The position numbers and the translations under genes are program-made. 64,000 nt of DNA from Pseudogymnoascus verrucosus (Eukaryota). The stretch is from the NCBI GenBank assembly GCA_001662655.1, contig KV460263.1; one strand, given 5' to 3'. The notes under the pieces are model-generated. The model saw only the letters and a program-made list of their open reading frames with translations, was not told the origin of the DNA and made no database searches. Below, piece after piece: positions 1 to 13,389 of the stretch (the first letter of the stretch is position 1; the number at the start of each line of letters is the position of its first letter).

Positions 1-1277
1 TGTTCACTACGATCGCTCGGGCTTCTATTTCTTGGCTCTGGCGCAACAACTTGTTCAGCCCTTTCCCTTTGGCGTCGTCTAAATGCTTCTGCAATTCGCT
101 CACTGATTTGGTCTTCCTGGTTGACATCGATGTTCTCCAGGTCGATGCCGTCTAACAGGCCTTCTTCGCGAATCTGGCGTAGGATCTCTTCCTCCATCTC
201 GCGCGAGTCCACATCCGAGGAGCTTATCAAGGAGCGCAGGGACGATTGGTGCTCAATCTGCCTCACAGCAGTTCGGTTTGCGTCGTCATTCCTCCGTCGC
301 GAGTCATCCTGGCTTCTGCGAGCTGCTGCTTCTTCGCTCCGTCGTCGTCTCCTTTCTAAAGCTCGAGTAGATTCTGGGTGTAATGTAGTCGGTGACGACG
401 CAGATGCTGATGCCCTTTCCTCGCGCCTCTCCTCACGCCTACGCCTGCTCTCACTCCCGCTGTCCTCCTCAGCCCTCCTTCGGTCTCTGTCCTGTCCTGA
501 CCCGGCAGGGTCACTGCTTGGCTCTCTGCTAGCAGTCCGGCTAGATGTGCGCCCCGATGCCCTCGCCCTTTCTTCTCTCCTCCTCCTCCTCTCCCTCCTT
601 TCTTCCGGAAGCTCGACCCCCACCTCCCTCAAACTAGCCATCTGAACCTGCTGTATCAGCCTCCCATCGTCATCCTCGGCCATTCGTTCCCTCATAGTCT
701 TCTCCCGCTCCTCTGATTTCGGCATGACATCATCGCCCGGGCTGTATTTCTTCTTCACATCCTCCTTCTCCTCCGCCGTCCTGCCTTTGTCCGGGTTCGC
801 GGCGAGGAACATCTCAAGGAGCGTCGTGACTGTCGCATTATTCTTCGTTGCGCGCACCACGGCACGACATGACGGGCAAGTGACGGGGTTGCTGCTGCTC
901 GAAGAAGAGGCGCCGGAGGCACGCGCCGAGTTGAGCTGGAACGCGAACCATTCCTTGAGGCACGCGCCGCAGAAGGTATGGAGGCAATCGAGGAGGGTGA
1001 GGGGTTGGTAGAGGACCTCGGTGCAGATCTACAGGGCGAGCTCGTTAGCTAGTGATTAAGATAAAGCGCTGCAAGGCGTAGCCATAGGAGCCAAAGGCGA
1101 GTAGGCATTGCTCCCAAGCTGTCATCGGCGTCGTCACGACTGCGGCTTAGCTGTCGAGGCTGAGGACCGCTTGTGGCCGCGGTGACGTTCGCCTGGCATG
1201 AAATAAACGGGTTGTGGCTTCCTCACCGAACATGTCAACTCCCTCTCCAAGTCCAGTCCTTGGTTTGCGGCCTCCAT
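1..1277 (-). CDS. C3HC4 RING finger protein, 3' end runs off the window
   Basis: ATG at 1277 gives exon 1 MEAANQGLDLERELTCS; GT-AG intron 1029-1226 with GCTAAC branch; exon 2 reads ICTEVLYQPLTLLDCLHTFCGACLKEWF...TCPSCR (RING-HC), then an R/E/S-rich region. Not in the ORF track because it is spliced. Confidence 0.85.
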
Positions 1278-2017
1278 AGTTATGGTGTCGCTGTCCTCGC
1301 TCGATGTACTCGTAGCGGCTTCAACTTTGTGAAGGTAGAAGCTGATACGAGATGCTCGTAGGGCTCATGGCCATAAGCCGCCACTTGGCTGCGCGTATAC
1401 GAATTGTTGTGCCTGGCGGTTAGTACCGTATGCGTATGGAGAACAAAGGAACAGCAACATCATAAATAGTAACTACGGGCAACAGAATGAAGGCATCTGC
1501 GAATATTTCACAGTATATTATAGTTTATGGGAGTAAGCCTTGTGTTACGTTTAATTCAATTTTCGATGTTATATTTCTACGGTCACACGTTCCATTCGAA
1601 TACGACCTCTTGGATTGGAGATTTGTTGAAGGCGCCTATCGGTCACATTAGAGCTATGCCTGGAATATTTGTATATTTCACCATTCGCCCCTCGAACACA
1701 GGTGAAAATTCTTCATGAAACTTGCTTCGGATTCCTACAGCTGCAGAGTCGTAGATGAAAGATGCAGATACACCACCGTCAGCTTACGGATATCTAGCCG
1801 CATCTACGTAATACTCGGCCACGCCGCGAAAAGGCCCGTCCCGCTATCAAGGCCAATGACGTTCTCCAGTCAAGAAGCAATATTAGGAGACTCCAATATA
1901 AGAAATAATACTCCGTATGAGTATATATGCATATTATATCTCCCTAATTAATATTTACACCTATTACATTACGCACTATAGCCATCCCACATCATCCCAA
2001 CACCCACCAGGCGCACA

Positions 2018-2827
2018 TCACCTCGCCTTCTTACTTTCCTCCTTCTTCAGCTTCTCCTCGCTCGCGACAATGACCTCTGTGCGAACATTGAAGGCATTGC
2101 AGATATCCTTGTACGAAACGTAGATCGCATACATCGGGATCCAGACCCACAGCGTGTTGAAGAAGAACAGGTACACCCATCTATCACATGTTAGCTTCAG
2201 AACCCAGACTCCACGAACAGCAACAGGGAAAACTCACGTAAAGATCCAGTTGCTCGTATCCAGGCTCGGGCTTCCAGTCAACCACTCCGGCGCAAAGGTC
2301 ATGAACCCGCCATAGAGCTCAGCGACCGCCAGCGCGATCATCCATATGCTCGCCCTCGCGTCCCCGCGCGCGATCAAAATCGCAACGTACGCAGCCACTG
2401 GCCCCGCCAGGAGCACTGTCAGGAGCTCGATGCTCACGACCGTCGCGTCAGCGCCTCCCCATCGCGAATCAGCCTGCGCATACACCCTCCAGAGCGCAGC
2501 GAGGTGGTTCTCTGGGCCGCCGAAGTTCGAGCCATAGAGACGGTCCGTGTAGCCCAACCAGTTCGGCGCGGCCGAGGCGAACGACGGCAGCGAAACGTAC
2601 GTGAAGAGCGCGTTGTAGAGGAAGGAGCCTTCGAAGATGAAGTGGATCAGGGCGTCGAAGGCATGCCAGATGAAGAGGAATCGCAGCGCGCCGGAGGTGC
2701 CGCGGCGCAGTGTTGCGAGGGAGAGGACGTAGGCGGAGATGATGAGCGCGAGGACGAGTGAGAATGAGAGCACTGTTGTGCGGTCTGCGAGAAGTTCCGC
2801 GATGGTGGTGGGCGGTTGGGAACTCAT
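2018..2827 (-). CDS. EBP/EXPERA-domain (sterol isomerase-like) ER membrane protein
   Basis: Motifs WHAFDALIHFIFEG, LWRVYAQADSRW, VAELYGG; intron 2181-2237 restores WVYLFFFNTLWVWIP; ends in KKAR, a KKxx ER-retrieval motif. Confidence 0.88.
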
Positions 2828-3291
2828 TGTTGGCGATGCTTTGTGTATATGATCCAAGAAAGCTTGATGGCAGGATATATACAGTAGCCGGTTAGGCGAT
2901 GCTGGTTGTTGTGAGTGCTTTTGGGAAAGAAGTACCCAAATAAATTAGGGGTCTCGAAATACCCCAGATGGGAAGGATGCGCTAGCACTGCGATGTGCCG
3001 CTGATAGGGGGAGCTTGGACCAGGAGTTTTCCAGCCCCGATGCACGTGCGCGGTCCGCAGCACGGCTCATGTCTCACCTAAAATGAATTTCAACGACTTC
3101 ATTTCTAGCTATGAATATCTACTGCCAGCGCCCTAAGCAATACGGCAACGCCAAAAAAACTTCTTCTAACCGTATAGTTTTAACTCCATGTCAACTCCGT
3201 AATATATCCCGCTATACGAAATTCCTGGCTGATAAACCACCCAACAAGGCTACCCATAATAATCTCCTGCAAAGCGACCTAAAACCACGCC

Positions 3292-5222
3292 TCACATATC
3301 TGGTCCTCCGTGCTCAGGTCGCGCATCACGACCCATACGTCTATTCCAAGCCGCATTGCGTGCATTGAGACGTCTTTCAGCTTCTTCGACCTCGGCTGCT
3401 GCGCGACGTGCAGCAGCACGGGCAAAGCGCCCGCCTAAGCGGCCAGGGGCTGCCTGAGGATTTGGTTGTCCCCGTCTCGCACGAGGAGCAGGAGCAGGAG
3501 CAGGGCGCGGTGGAACTGGGCCGAGACGGAGGACAAGCGGTCCATCGTTTTGTGCTTGTGGCTGGTCTCCAGGATCACCCTCATGTTCCCCATCGACGAT
3601 TGGGTCTTGTCCAGGCTCAGCTATAAAAGGTTGAGGTTCAAGGCGCATGTCCTCGATCATAGGTAATTGGCCATCCATATCGGCGGGGCCTTCATCATCA
3701 GAGCCATCGTCTGAAAAATCACCCTCGTCGGGGGGGTGGTCTCCGCCCGCATAGTTGTATCCGACATCGTTTCCATCGCCGCCTTCGAGCTCCCACAGCC
3801 GTTGATAACACCCTGTTGTCTCGGTGTTGTAGTGTTGGTATGGGTTGCCCACGTCCAACCAGCTAGAGCATAGGTAACAGAAGTGAGTTCCACACCGCTG
3901 ACATATCATGTGGTTGCAGCCGTGGGTTTTCTGTGCAGGCACCGCACAGGTAGGGCAGGGCGTAGTGTGGAACTTGATGTATTCCAGAGAAGCTTTGTCC
4001 TCAGCGCTGAGCTCGCTCGTATTCCGTGGCGGCCCGCACAGCACATACTCCCCGTGCCATGTCTGGAGGCACCGACTACAGAAAGCAAACAGACAATCTT
4101 CACAAACACGAAGAAGGCTAGAGCGGTTTGGAGGCTTGGTTGGGTCAATGGATGCCAGCTCATCATCGGATTCTTCGTCGGCCTCTTCGTCCGCAGTAGC
4201 TGTTGCAAAGGTGGGCGTTATTATTGGCTTCGTGTGCTTTTTCGATCGTGCGGCTCCCTGACAAAAACTCCTTGGGCAGTATACCGTGCTCTTATCATTC
4301 TCAAGTTCGATCTTGTGTCTCATAGTGACATACCGTTTAACCATTTCGTGTTCTAATGGGATCAGAAGAAGCTCACTCGGTAGCAAAGTCACCTTGGGCT
4401 TTCGTTTGCGGTCTGATATAGCAAACTCTTCCTCACGCTTTTTGGCACATCCCGGGTCAAGGCATTTGACCGAGTCGAGATCGCCTTCGGTAATGGCATT
4501 ATTATAGAAGTCTTGCAGGCACTGGCGGCAAAAGACGTGCCCACAGTCATTCAACTTGTGACAAGTAGCTCCTCGTTTCGGTTCTATTTTCCGTCAGTAA
4601 CAGGTTACATTCCATCAATACCATCAGGACCCTTACCTAGGCAGACCCCGCAGTCATAGCTTTGTCTATCAAATTCCGCTTGCTTTGCTGATTTATCATG
4701 ATCAAGAAGTTCGATCTCAAGGTCAGGGGATAGCTGCAGATGTTCTTCCCTGTCGAGGAGTCCAAAGGCCCCAAGAGCAGAGTCTTGGATGTGATCGATG
4801 AACATATATAGGACCTGGTCATGTCCTATATCCTCCCAGAACTCCTTGCATTGCCCTAATAGCTCATGTATTTTCCTGCGAGGAAGCCAGTTCGGTGTCG
4901 CAGACAACTCTAAGACTGGAGGCTTTTCAGCTGGGTAGCCCTCGGGTAGAGTAATTCCAATGTGAATGTTGGGCAAGTAGCTCAGTCGATGGATCTGGAG
5001 CTGTCTGTCGGCTTCAATGGGCGAGTCATCCGACACATCTTTAAAGACAATAGGAACCGACTCTGAAGGCGCAATGGGTAGCTCCAAAGTGGCCGTAAAT
5101 TGTTGCTTCTCGTCTATGACAAGCTCAGGAAAGATTGCTTGGAGAGCAGAAAGCTCCATAGTTCGCTCATCATCTTCGTTGGCGGTGGCCATCGTAACAG
5201 TTTCTCCCGAGGCGTCCGCCAT
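3292..5222 (-). CDS. ITT1: RWD + RING-IBR-RING (RBR) E3 ubiquitin ligase, Itt1/RNF14-like
   Basis: N-terminal RWD (ELSALQAIFP, LPEGYPAEKPP); intron 4584-4636 joins CGVCL|EPKRGATCHKLNDCGHVFCRQC; IBR domain and RING2 CPTC...GCNHMIC...THFCYLC. Confidence 0.88.
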
Positions 5223-6558
5223 TATGAGATCGTCTGTATCGACTGTCGAGGGACGACATTAGGGCGAAACTGCAACCATGCAGGGCTTTAGTAGAGACAA
5301 ATAGATAGAAGATCGAGGAATTGAAAGAGAGTTTGGATTCGGAAGCAACAAAGACCACTTCAAAGACCCAGAAGTGGCGGATCTTTTTGACGTTGAAGCT
5401 ATCGCGATTAGATATCCGCTATCGTTATCCGCCCCTGTAACACCCTCCCCACATTTTCCGTGGCCTTGCGAACGAGGCAGGAATATTACTGGCATATCTT
5501 CAGATGAACCATCAACCTTGATACATCTTGGCCTGAGGCGCCTTCTATATTCTCCCTTGGCACGGATTTTTTGGGTAAGAGACTCTGTAGTAAAGAAAGA
5601 CTTGCTCTAGTCTAGCTAGAGGGGAAGTGGAAAGAGAGGATGGCCTCTCCTCCTTCCTCAGGAGAACGATGTCTCATAACAAGCCGAAATATCTGAAAGG
5701 CAAAGAACGATAACATAGTGAAGAATGGCGAACTGAAACAATTTTTAGTTTTTTGATGTCTTTCATTGGCTTGGGAGGTGTTATGTCCGCCTTCTCAGGG
5801 TAGGATTGTGTGAAAGACCCAGGTGAAATCTGTGTCGGACATAGCGCAGACATTCCAGACATTCCCGATCTCTCGATCCTCAAAGGGGACACTCAATGCT
5901 GCGCTCAGACATGTTTTGGTCACAGCAATACCTAGGCGTCATTCATTCAGCTCCCTGTCAACATCAGGTTTCGCTCAAGCTACAGCTCTTCCGGCCTCCC
6001 CGCGCCTACATGCATCAGTGCCATGGTCAACACTGTTTTGGGGTCTTTTGCCAACGAATGAAGTTGCTGCTTCTGACACCGCTCCTACGCAGGAGAACCT
6101 TGTTGGGTTAGGCCATGTCTGTATAGTCCATCTGTGTATGCACAAACCTAGATGAAATTGAGACTTTTCAGATGATCTTGATGAAAAATCAATTACAGCG
6201 CATTTCGATCGATTTACAGTTTCAGGTCACGCGAACTTCTAAGCAAATGAAGGCGCTTGTCCCGGAAAAATGTCTATTATAACTGGATGTAGCCGTCAGT
6301 GCAGGATCTTGCAGGCGAGACAACCGGTATTTCCGTCGTCTTGTCTCTCTATTCGTCCCACATCTAGAACAAGGTTTGTGTTATTCTTCCCAAAGGAACA
6401 TATTTGGCTTTACCCTGATTCTAGCATGTGCTTCGAAAATAACGGCGCAATACACGTATAGGTAAATTAATATTAGTACAGTTCATTATAAATTCCAGTG
6501 GGGGGTACACGGCAATACTCACAATACTACCAGGCTAGAATTATTTCACGTGGCGGCC

Positions 6559-6586
6559 ATTATTACTATTATTATTATTATTATAA
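6559..6586. repeat. (TAT)n microsatellite
   Basis: attattactattattattattattata visible directly. Confidence 0.85.
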
Positions 6587-9496
6587 TATCGCGGTTTATT
6601 TTATCATCTCCACCATCCCACGAGACTCTTCAGAGCTCCCAGAACAGCGGAGAAGTCGCAACATACAGGATGTTTTCGAGCAAATGCGGGGAAAGAAAGG
6701 CTCGACGGGTGTAACGGATGGGTGTCTGTTCCGCCACGCTACTGCATGTGGGCACAGTCGAGGCCGCTGGATCGGCCTAAACAGGGGTATTTAGGTACAA
6801 GGAGGCCTGTCAGCAAGGCCGAATTGATAGTGCGTCCGAAGCCCTGCTAGAGTAATATCTGGGATAGGAGTGGATAGGCACTTATCCCAAAGTATGGGAA
6901 TACTTTGGTTACTGGGACAGGCCCTATTAGAGTGCTATGGCACAGGAGGTCGGGGAGATGGAGCCGAATGTCTCTCCATATGCACGCGCAGTACGACCTA
7001 CATTATTATGTGGTTACGACCAACCGTGGCTTCAAAGATTGATTTGTACTTGTATAATTTTTATGAGTGAGACTCCCCTCTGTTCATGGCAAGACCCGAG
7101 ATTGCGAAGAGCCATGACGAAAAGTACAACGCCGGGAAATTTGATGATCTCGCTCTGGGCCAAAAATAACTACATTTTTTATGAAAGTCGAGAAATATTT
7201 GATTCGCGCTGTAGATCAACATTGGAGAGGGAGTCTTACGAGAGTCTCCGCCGCTGAGAATAGCAATAGCAATACCACCAGGGGTTCACCAGCAAATCGG
7301 ATGCGTCTGCGTCCGATAATCACAATATTTCACTGAGCGAAAAATTGGCGTTGGAAAATACCGTCGAAAAATAGAGCCGTTGGCCATGCCAATAAGAGCA
7401 TGAAGTGGCTAAATGACACAGGGCAAATAGCTTCCAAAATCCACAGTATGGAGTCGTCTATCGTTCGTCAGGGTCTGAATAGTACTCCACATCTGAAGCT
7501 CAGCACATCATCGAAGCACGGCGCGGACAATATCCTGGACCGGACCGTTGGGCGCGGGGGAGAGACAGGCTCAGAGGCCCTGACCGACTTACCACCCCCA
7601 CCGCAAAATGAGTCTTTTTGGGAGACTCGTACTCTGCTCTAGTGGTCGTAGCCCGTATCCACGAGGAGCACGGGGATTATCGAGATTAATTGGCATGGGT
7701 TATCAAACTTGGGAACGGCACAGGGCTCTCCTCGTTCGCTCCTTACAGGCCCCGTCAGCGCCAATATGCTGGCCCCGCCAAGAGACGCCACTCAACGGTG
7801 GGCAAATTCCTGTGAACAAAACTGTCTCGAGTGCAGCGGGCGGCACTTGTAAAAGGGGGGCTTTTCACGATTTGTGCGGCTGGTTTCCGAGACTCATATC
7901 GGCGCCGGCATGCATCAGCGAGCTTATTGAGTCTCTCGCCCGCCATTCTAGATTTCTATAAAAAAATGCCGTCCACGCGTTCGGCCCCCAAAGTTATGTT
8001 AGTGCTCAAATCGTGGTGCTCAAATGATCGAGAGTCCATGCATGTGGAGTGAGTACATCGGTACCAATAATTAGCAGGTGCCAAATTGGACACATCTCCA
8101 CACCAGGAAGGCGCCAGGGGCAACAAAAAGCTGTCGGTATGACCCCACCCCAGCATTCGGTCTACGGACGCATTTGCCAAGCAATATGCACTGGCGCAAT
8201 AATCCATTTTACAACAGGTCTCACCTCACACCCATCCTCACCGATCGATCCCTTAAACGTGTCTGTGATGGCTCTAAAACCGACGTTTCTCCGCCCATGG
8301 CTAGGCGCCTTTGGGCCGCTCCTTCTGGTTGTTGTGTCACGGTGCTCTATGATTGCAGAAGGAGCTCCCTGTCAATATCGAAGCCTTGATCGTCTTCTGT
8401 CTCGATAATGTCCCAGCTCGGGCACTAACACTCTTCCGTCAACTTGTAATAACTGACCACTGCGCTTGCTAGGTTTTTTTGCACTACTGATTCCCTCTTT
8501 CATGCCTCTCAAGAGAGATAGCGCCACGTGCTATCCCTTTTTCGGGGCATACGTACTTTCGGACGAGAGCCCAGGGCCAATGTGGTTGAAGCGTCTTCAA
8601 CTAGGCCTTCAGGGCGCCATACAGTCCGGTCCTTGGTACCGCTACTCGAACCTATTCTCGCTGTTCCGGAGATACGAAGACTGTCATCTGTTCCTGGTGG
8701 GCCGTTCTTATGTCGGGAATCGTTGCTAATAGCGAGCAACAGGGCCCATCAAACTCTTCGAGAATGTGGAAATGTGGACGCTTAAGTGGGTAACAGGCAT
8801 GGCGCATCACAACGAAAACCGTTTTGGGGGTTAGACGAGATTGAGTACTCTCAGCGGGGAATTTGGTTATTCATAATATCTGGGGAATGGCCAATATCGG
8901 CACATTACCATGGAAGCTATCTCGCGCGACTTCCGCAATACCGGTATCAATATGCGTTCTTCTCCCTGGCCCCTTTCCTTTTTTTGTTCTTTCAATTTAA
9001 GGATAAGGGTAGCGTTCCGCCAGATAGCATTACAGACATCAAGCAAGATATAATAACTCGAGCCGTTTCATTTTCTTCTCGTCACTCCAGCGGCCAATTC
9101 AGTTTCCATCTCCTGTTTTATTACCTGTCTTTCCCACCGCCACTCGCCACTACTCCTTGTCTGAATACATTTTGCGACTGATCCCTGGCGGCTAGAGTTG
9201 CCACTGGCTTGCACAGTGGTAGCCTGTGCCCAGACACCCCCCCCCATCACCGCTCTAGCTGTTGTTACTTAATTCCAGATTGCCGGCACGCCTCATCCGG
9301 GACTTCCCTTCCACCTAAAACAGTGTGGAGCTCCCATTCAAGCTTCTCCAATGTCATTGTTATGCTTAGGTATCTAGCCTCCTCTTTCTTTCCACGTTTC
9401 CTGCTCTCCGCCCGCCTTGCTAGTTAGGGCTTGCCCGATAGTCTCCAGCCCATTTCAAGACATGTGCGGGCGTCGTTCACAGCATTCTCACTTACG

Positions 9497-11390
9497 ATGG
9501 AAGATATAAAACCAGAGGAGCCTGGATCGACTGGAACTTCGTTATGGAACGGCTATCGAGTCCCCCTCCCGGCGCCAATGTCGCGATTCTCCCATCATTA
9601 CGAGCAGAGTGCTCCAGTATCGGAACCGCAAGAAATACTGTACAGCAATAGCGCAAAGGATCCCTACAGCCCATCGACACAGCACCAGCAACCACAGCAG
9701 CAACAACAAAATGACATGCTACCACGCCGAGGCAGCGAGTCTCTTGCTGTTTTTGGAGTCTCCAAGCTGAATTCAGGATTGACTTCCCATCGTAGCTATC
9801 CAAGCCTTAAGAGGCCGCATGAGTCGTTCGACGAGCACTCGTACGCCAATGTTGCCTCCTCCCTGCACGAAAGCATACCGGAGTTCGACGATTCGACTAA
9901 ACCAACGATTCAATCCGATCATCGCCTACTGTCGTTTGAGCCTTTGTTGCCACATGGGCATACCGTCCTGGACCAATATGGAGCGCCCGCCAAACTGGAG
10001 GTTGTTGCGCAAATACATGGCATGTTCTTTTTATCTGAAATAGCAACCCATGCTGGTGACAACATTATCATGCAGCCAGAACTCACCTGCTACCGGCGCA
10101 ACCTCTTCCAGATATCAGGTTCCGTCACATGCCCAGCGGGACCTCTGTCAGTCGTCACTGGCCACGGCGAGTCTATGTCTATTGTGTCGCATGAGATTAC
10201 AGTTTCAGCTACAGAATCTGTGGATGGACACGATATCCGACTGATTGTTATACCATGGAAGACCCCACCAGCCAATTCCCCGGATCTCCCATCTGGCCAA
10301 GAGCAGGAGCCAGCGGCTATATCAATTGACAGCCTTGGGAATGACGACAAGAACAATGAGACGGTCTCTCAACAAATAGCATGGAGGAGACTCCAGTTCC
10401 GTGTTGCAACAGCCAACAATGGTCGTAGGAAAGAACTACAGCAACATTTTGTATTGCGCCTAAAACTAATATCCACGCTGTCCGATGGATCGAGGGTGTG
10501 CACAGTCGAATCGGCAACAGCGCCCATTGTGGTACGGGGACGAAGCCCCAGAAACTTCCAAGCCAGAAAAGAAATACCGCTAGTAGGATCGTCAGCTTCG
10601 CCAAGGGGCCATAATTCTCGCGTGTCTCCATCTCAGAAGAAAGATCCCTTGATGGCGGATAGACCCGGCATCGCGAAGCCTACGATGATGGATTTACCGA
10701 AACGCCCATTTCAGTTCGATACTGTCAACTTTCCTCCGTCTCCTCTGATAATCCGCGGCGGGTGAGTAGCATGCATAGGTTAATAATGTATAAACTGTAT
10801 GCTGACTACAAATTGACAGCTATCCACAGTGGAATCAAGCGCAGCAACACCCTGGGCACGCCGCATCAGTCACATCGACGTTTCCGCAGCCAAGCAGCAG
10901 CATATCTGCATACCACAACGAACCCCAAAGAATACATGCGGTTCAGGATCCGCCCTCTCATCACGGACTGCCAGAGCTAACCTCACCGATTGAGTCTTCA
11001 TCGCGGCATTTCTACACGCCCCCAACGTCGTCACCTGCGCAATTTGACCCTAACCCGCGTCCAATGAAGTCTCCACGACATACGGAGGTGCCCCACAGCT
11101 CGGTTTATCAGCAATTCGAAACCTCGTATGGAAATAACCTTGCGGGCAACCAAAATCGCCTGTACTATCCTCATGCGCCAGCTCCACCGCCATGGTCAGG
11201 CACCGAGCCAGATGGGCCAAGCTATAGCACGGCTATGCACCTACCACCCCAACAGCCACTCCAACATCAAACCCATCAGACAGAACATCAGCGGCAGCCA
11301 TCCCAGGATTACAACTTTGCTTCAGAAGCATACGTTGATGCTAGGGACGACACCCAAAATATCGGATACACATGGAGCGCCGCTAGCTGA
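9497..11390 (+). CDS. NDT80/PhoG DNA-binding transcription factor, VIB-1/XprG-like clade
   Basis: LTCYRRNLFQI, RLQFRVATANNGRRKELQQHF, PIVVRGRSPRNF; intron 10762-10819 puts the 11064-11390 ORF in frame; first ATG at 9497. Confidence 0.88.
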
Positions 11391-12309
11391 TTCATAATAC
11401 ACATTCCAAACATTTATCAACGAGAAAAACACGAGTACGAGCCACGATATACCCCTTTGTACCATAGCCGGTTAGCTATCTACTCCAAAATTAGCGTTTT
11501 GACGTCTGTTTTTCGATTTTTTTATATTAATCTTCTTGTTCCTCGCCATTTTCTTGTTCTGTAAGCGATGATATAGCTTTGAGATGCGAGCATTGTCCAG
11601 CGTCGGAGTTATAGTGGCTTACAACTGGAAACAGGGAAGGGTTTTAGGGAGGGGAGCAGGAGATCGGCGTATTGCCAATTATCATTATTTGGTGAATCTG
11701 TGTCCAGCTTGAAATTGTTTACTCATCTTGGGTCCGGTTCAGAGATTGGAAGGAAATGTATTTCATTACACGGAGGGGATGGGAGCAGGGGATATAAAGG
11801 ATCTGGGAGGCGAATCTTCCATACCTACAGAACAATATATCATATTCATGCTAAGTGACCTGCCCTGTTGTGGCACATTGTGCTTAAAGCTTGACCTCTA
11901 ATTTTAAGACGTGGTTATCCATCCGGTTCGCGTCGGGCAAATCAAACATAGGACCTTTCCTCGTGTGTTTAAAATCTGATATTTGAGTTTAAGGCTGATT
12001 GAACTGTTAGAATTTAGGTGCTCATGTAGAAACCAAATATACTCTATCAGACTAAAGTCTCTGAAACTCCGCATCACTTTACTAAGCATTAGTGTGCGGT
12101 ATGCTGGATCGATTATCCATTAAAATTTGGCGCTTGGGCGGGAAGGCTAGGCTGGGCCAAATTTGGCCCAGCTTGAAATCGTAGCCTCGTGGGGAACTTC
12201 ACGCAATCAAGGATGTTATCGGCTGGGTAAAAACTCCAATACTCGACAATTTCTACAGCCTGCGCCTTAAATCCAAATATTAGACATTAAACATTCGAGG
12301 AAAGGTCCC

Positions 12310-13259
12310 ATGTTTGACCTACCCGGCGCGAAGCGGTATGTGCTCAAGTTCAATTGCCATGTAAAACCTGGACGTACCTGATCTGACATATCTACAGCGT
12401 CCGTCGCGACGACCTATACAACTCCGACGACGGCAATGAAGACGCCGCGTCACAGATAGATGACTCTCGCGCGAGGCTCCTTCAAGACCAACTAGCACAA
12501 CTCTATGGCCCCATAACCATTCCGTCACAGGACCCTGTCGCTCCTGGTGGCACAGAACCGTCCCCAGATGCCCCTCCAGCTGAGGCAGAAGACGAGGAAT
12601 TTGAGTTCAGATTATTTGCTCCCTCCACCACAGCGGTTGCCTCGAATGACAACCAATCTTCCAAGCCTGACGAGACGACTACCCAACGAATTATACTATC
12701 CAATTCAGACGACGAAGATCTAGGCGATGGCGCGTTTACCGTACCACAGAGGAGGCTGAGCTGGTATATCGCCGCACCAGCCACAGGAACGAAGAAAGCG
12801 GAGTTTGAAGAGGCAGCTGTGAGTGCGGAGATGGTGCAGCGGGAGAGAGAACATAGGGCATGGGCTCTAGAGAAGCCATGGAGGGTGACAGTTATACGAA
12901 CGGGCTCGGCATCAACCTCACAACCTGCGGCTGCACTGGCAGCCAAGTCAGTCAGCGTGCGGACTGCTGAAGGCGACGGGAAGACTAAAAGGACAAAGCC
13001 GAATAAAAAGAGACGCATTGAAGTTAGGATAAGAGAACGAGCTCTTGCCGAGAAGTTAGAAGCAGAGCGGCTGCGGTGTGCGAAAATGGAGGAAGAGAAA
13101 GCGAGCAGAGGTGCTGAGGATGCAGAGAAGAGGACAGCGCGGAATAGAGAGAGGAAGATAAAGAGGAGAGAGAGGGAGAAAAGGAAGAAGGCAGCTGCCG
13201 CTGGGATGCCCGAACCCTCGGGGGAGGGCGACAGTGGAAGTGAAAGTGATGCCAACTAA
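12310..13259 (+). CDS. Conserved fungal K/R/E-rich protein, probably DUF2011 family
   Basis: MFDLPGAKR, intron 12336-12397, then VRRDDLY; EEFEFRLF motif; basic coiled-coil C-terminus in frame with ORF 12819-13259. Family name from memory. Confidence 0.7.
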
Positions 13260-13389
13260 ACGGATGACCAGTTAGAGTGCGAACCACATAGAAATATATT
13301 TGGCTTGCTGCATATAACCTTATAACATGATATTGAGTGGGTTTAACTTTAAATATTTACACCGAGGGTGCAGTACAGTATTTTTACAG

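Noticed and set aside
121..1011. + strand ORFs of 174 and 95 aa
   Set aside because: Antisense shadows of the minus-strand RING gene.
9431..9496. TTG-initiated extension of the NDT80 ORF
   Set aside because: No support for a non-AUG start; ATG 9497 is in good context.
12503..13255. 250-aa hydrophobic-looking minus ORF
   Set aside because: Antisense of the K/R/E-rich + strand gene; the hydrophobicity is a complement artefact.
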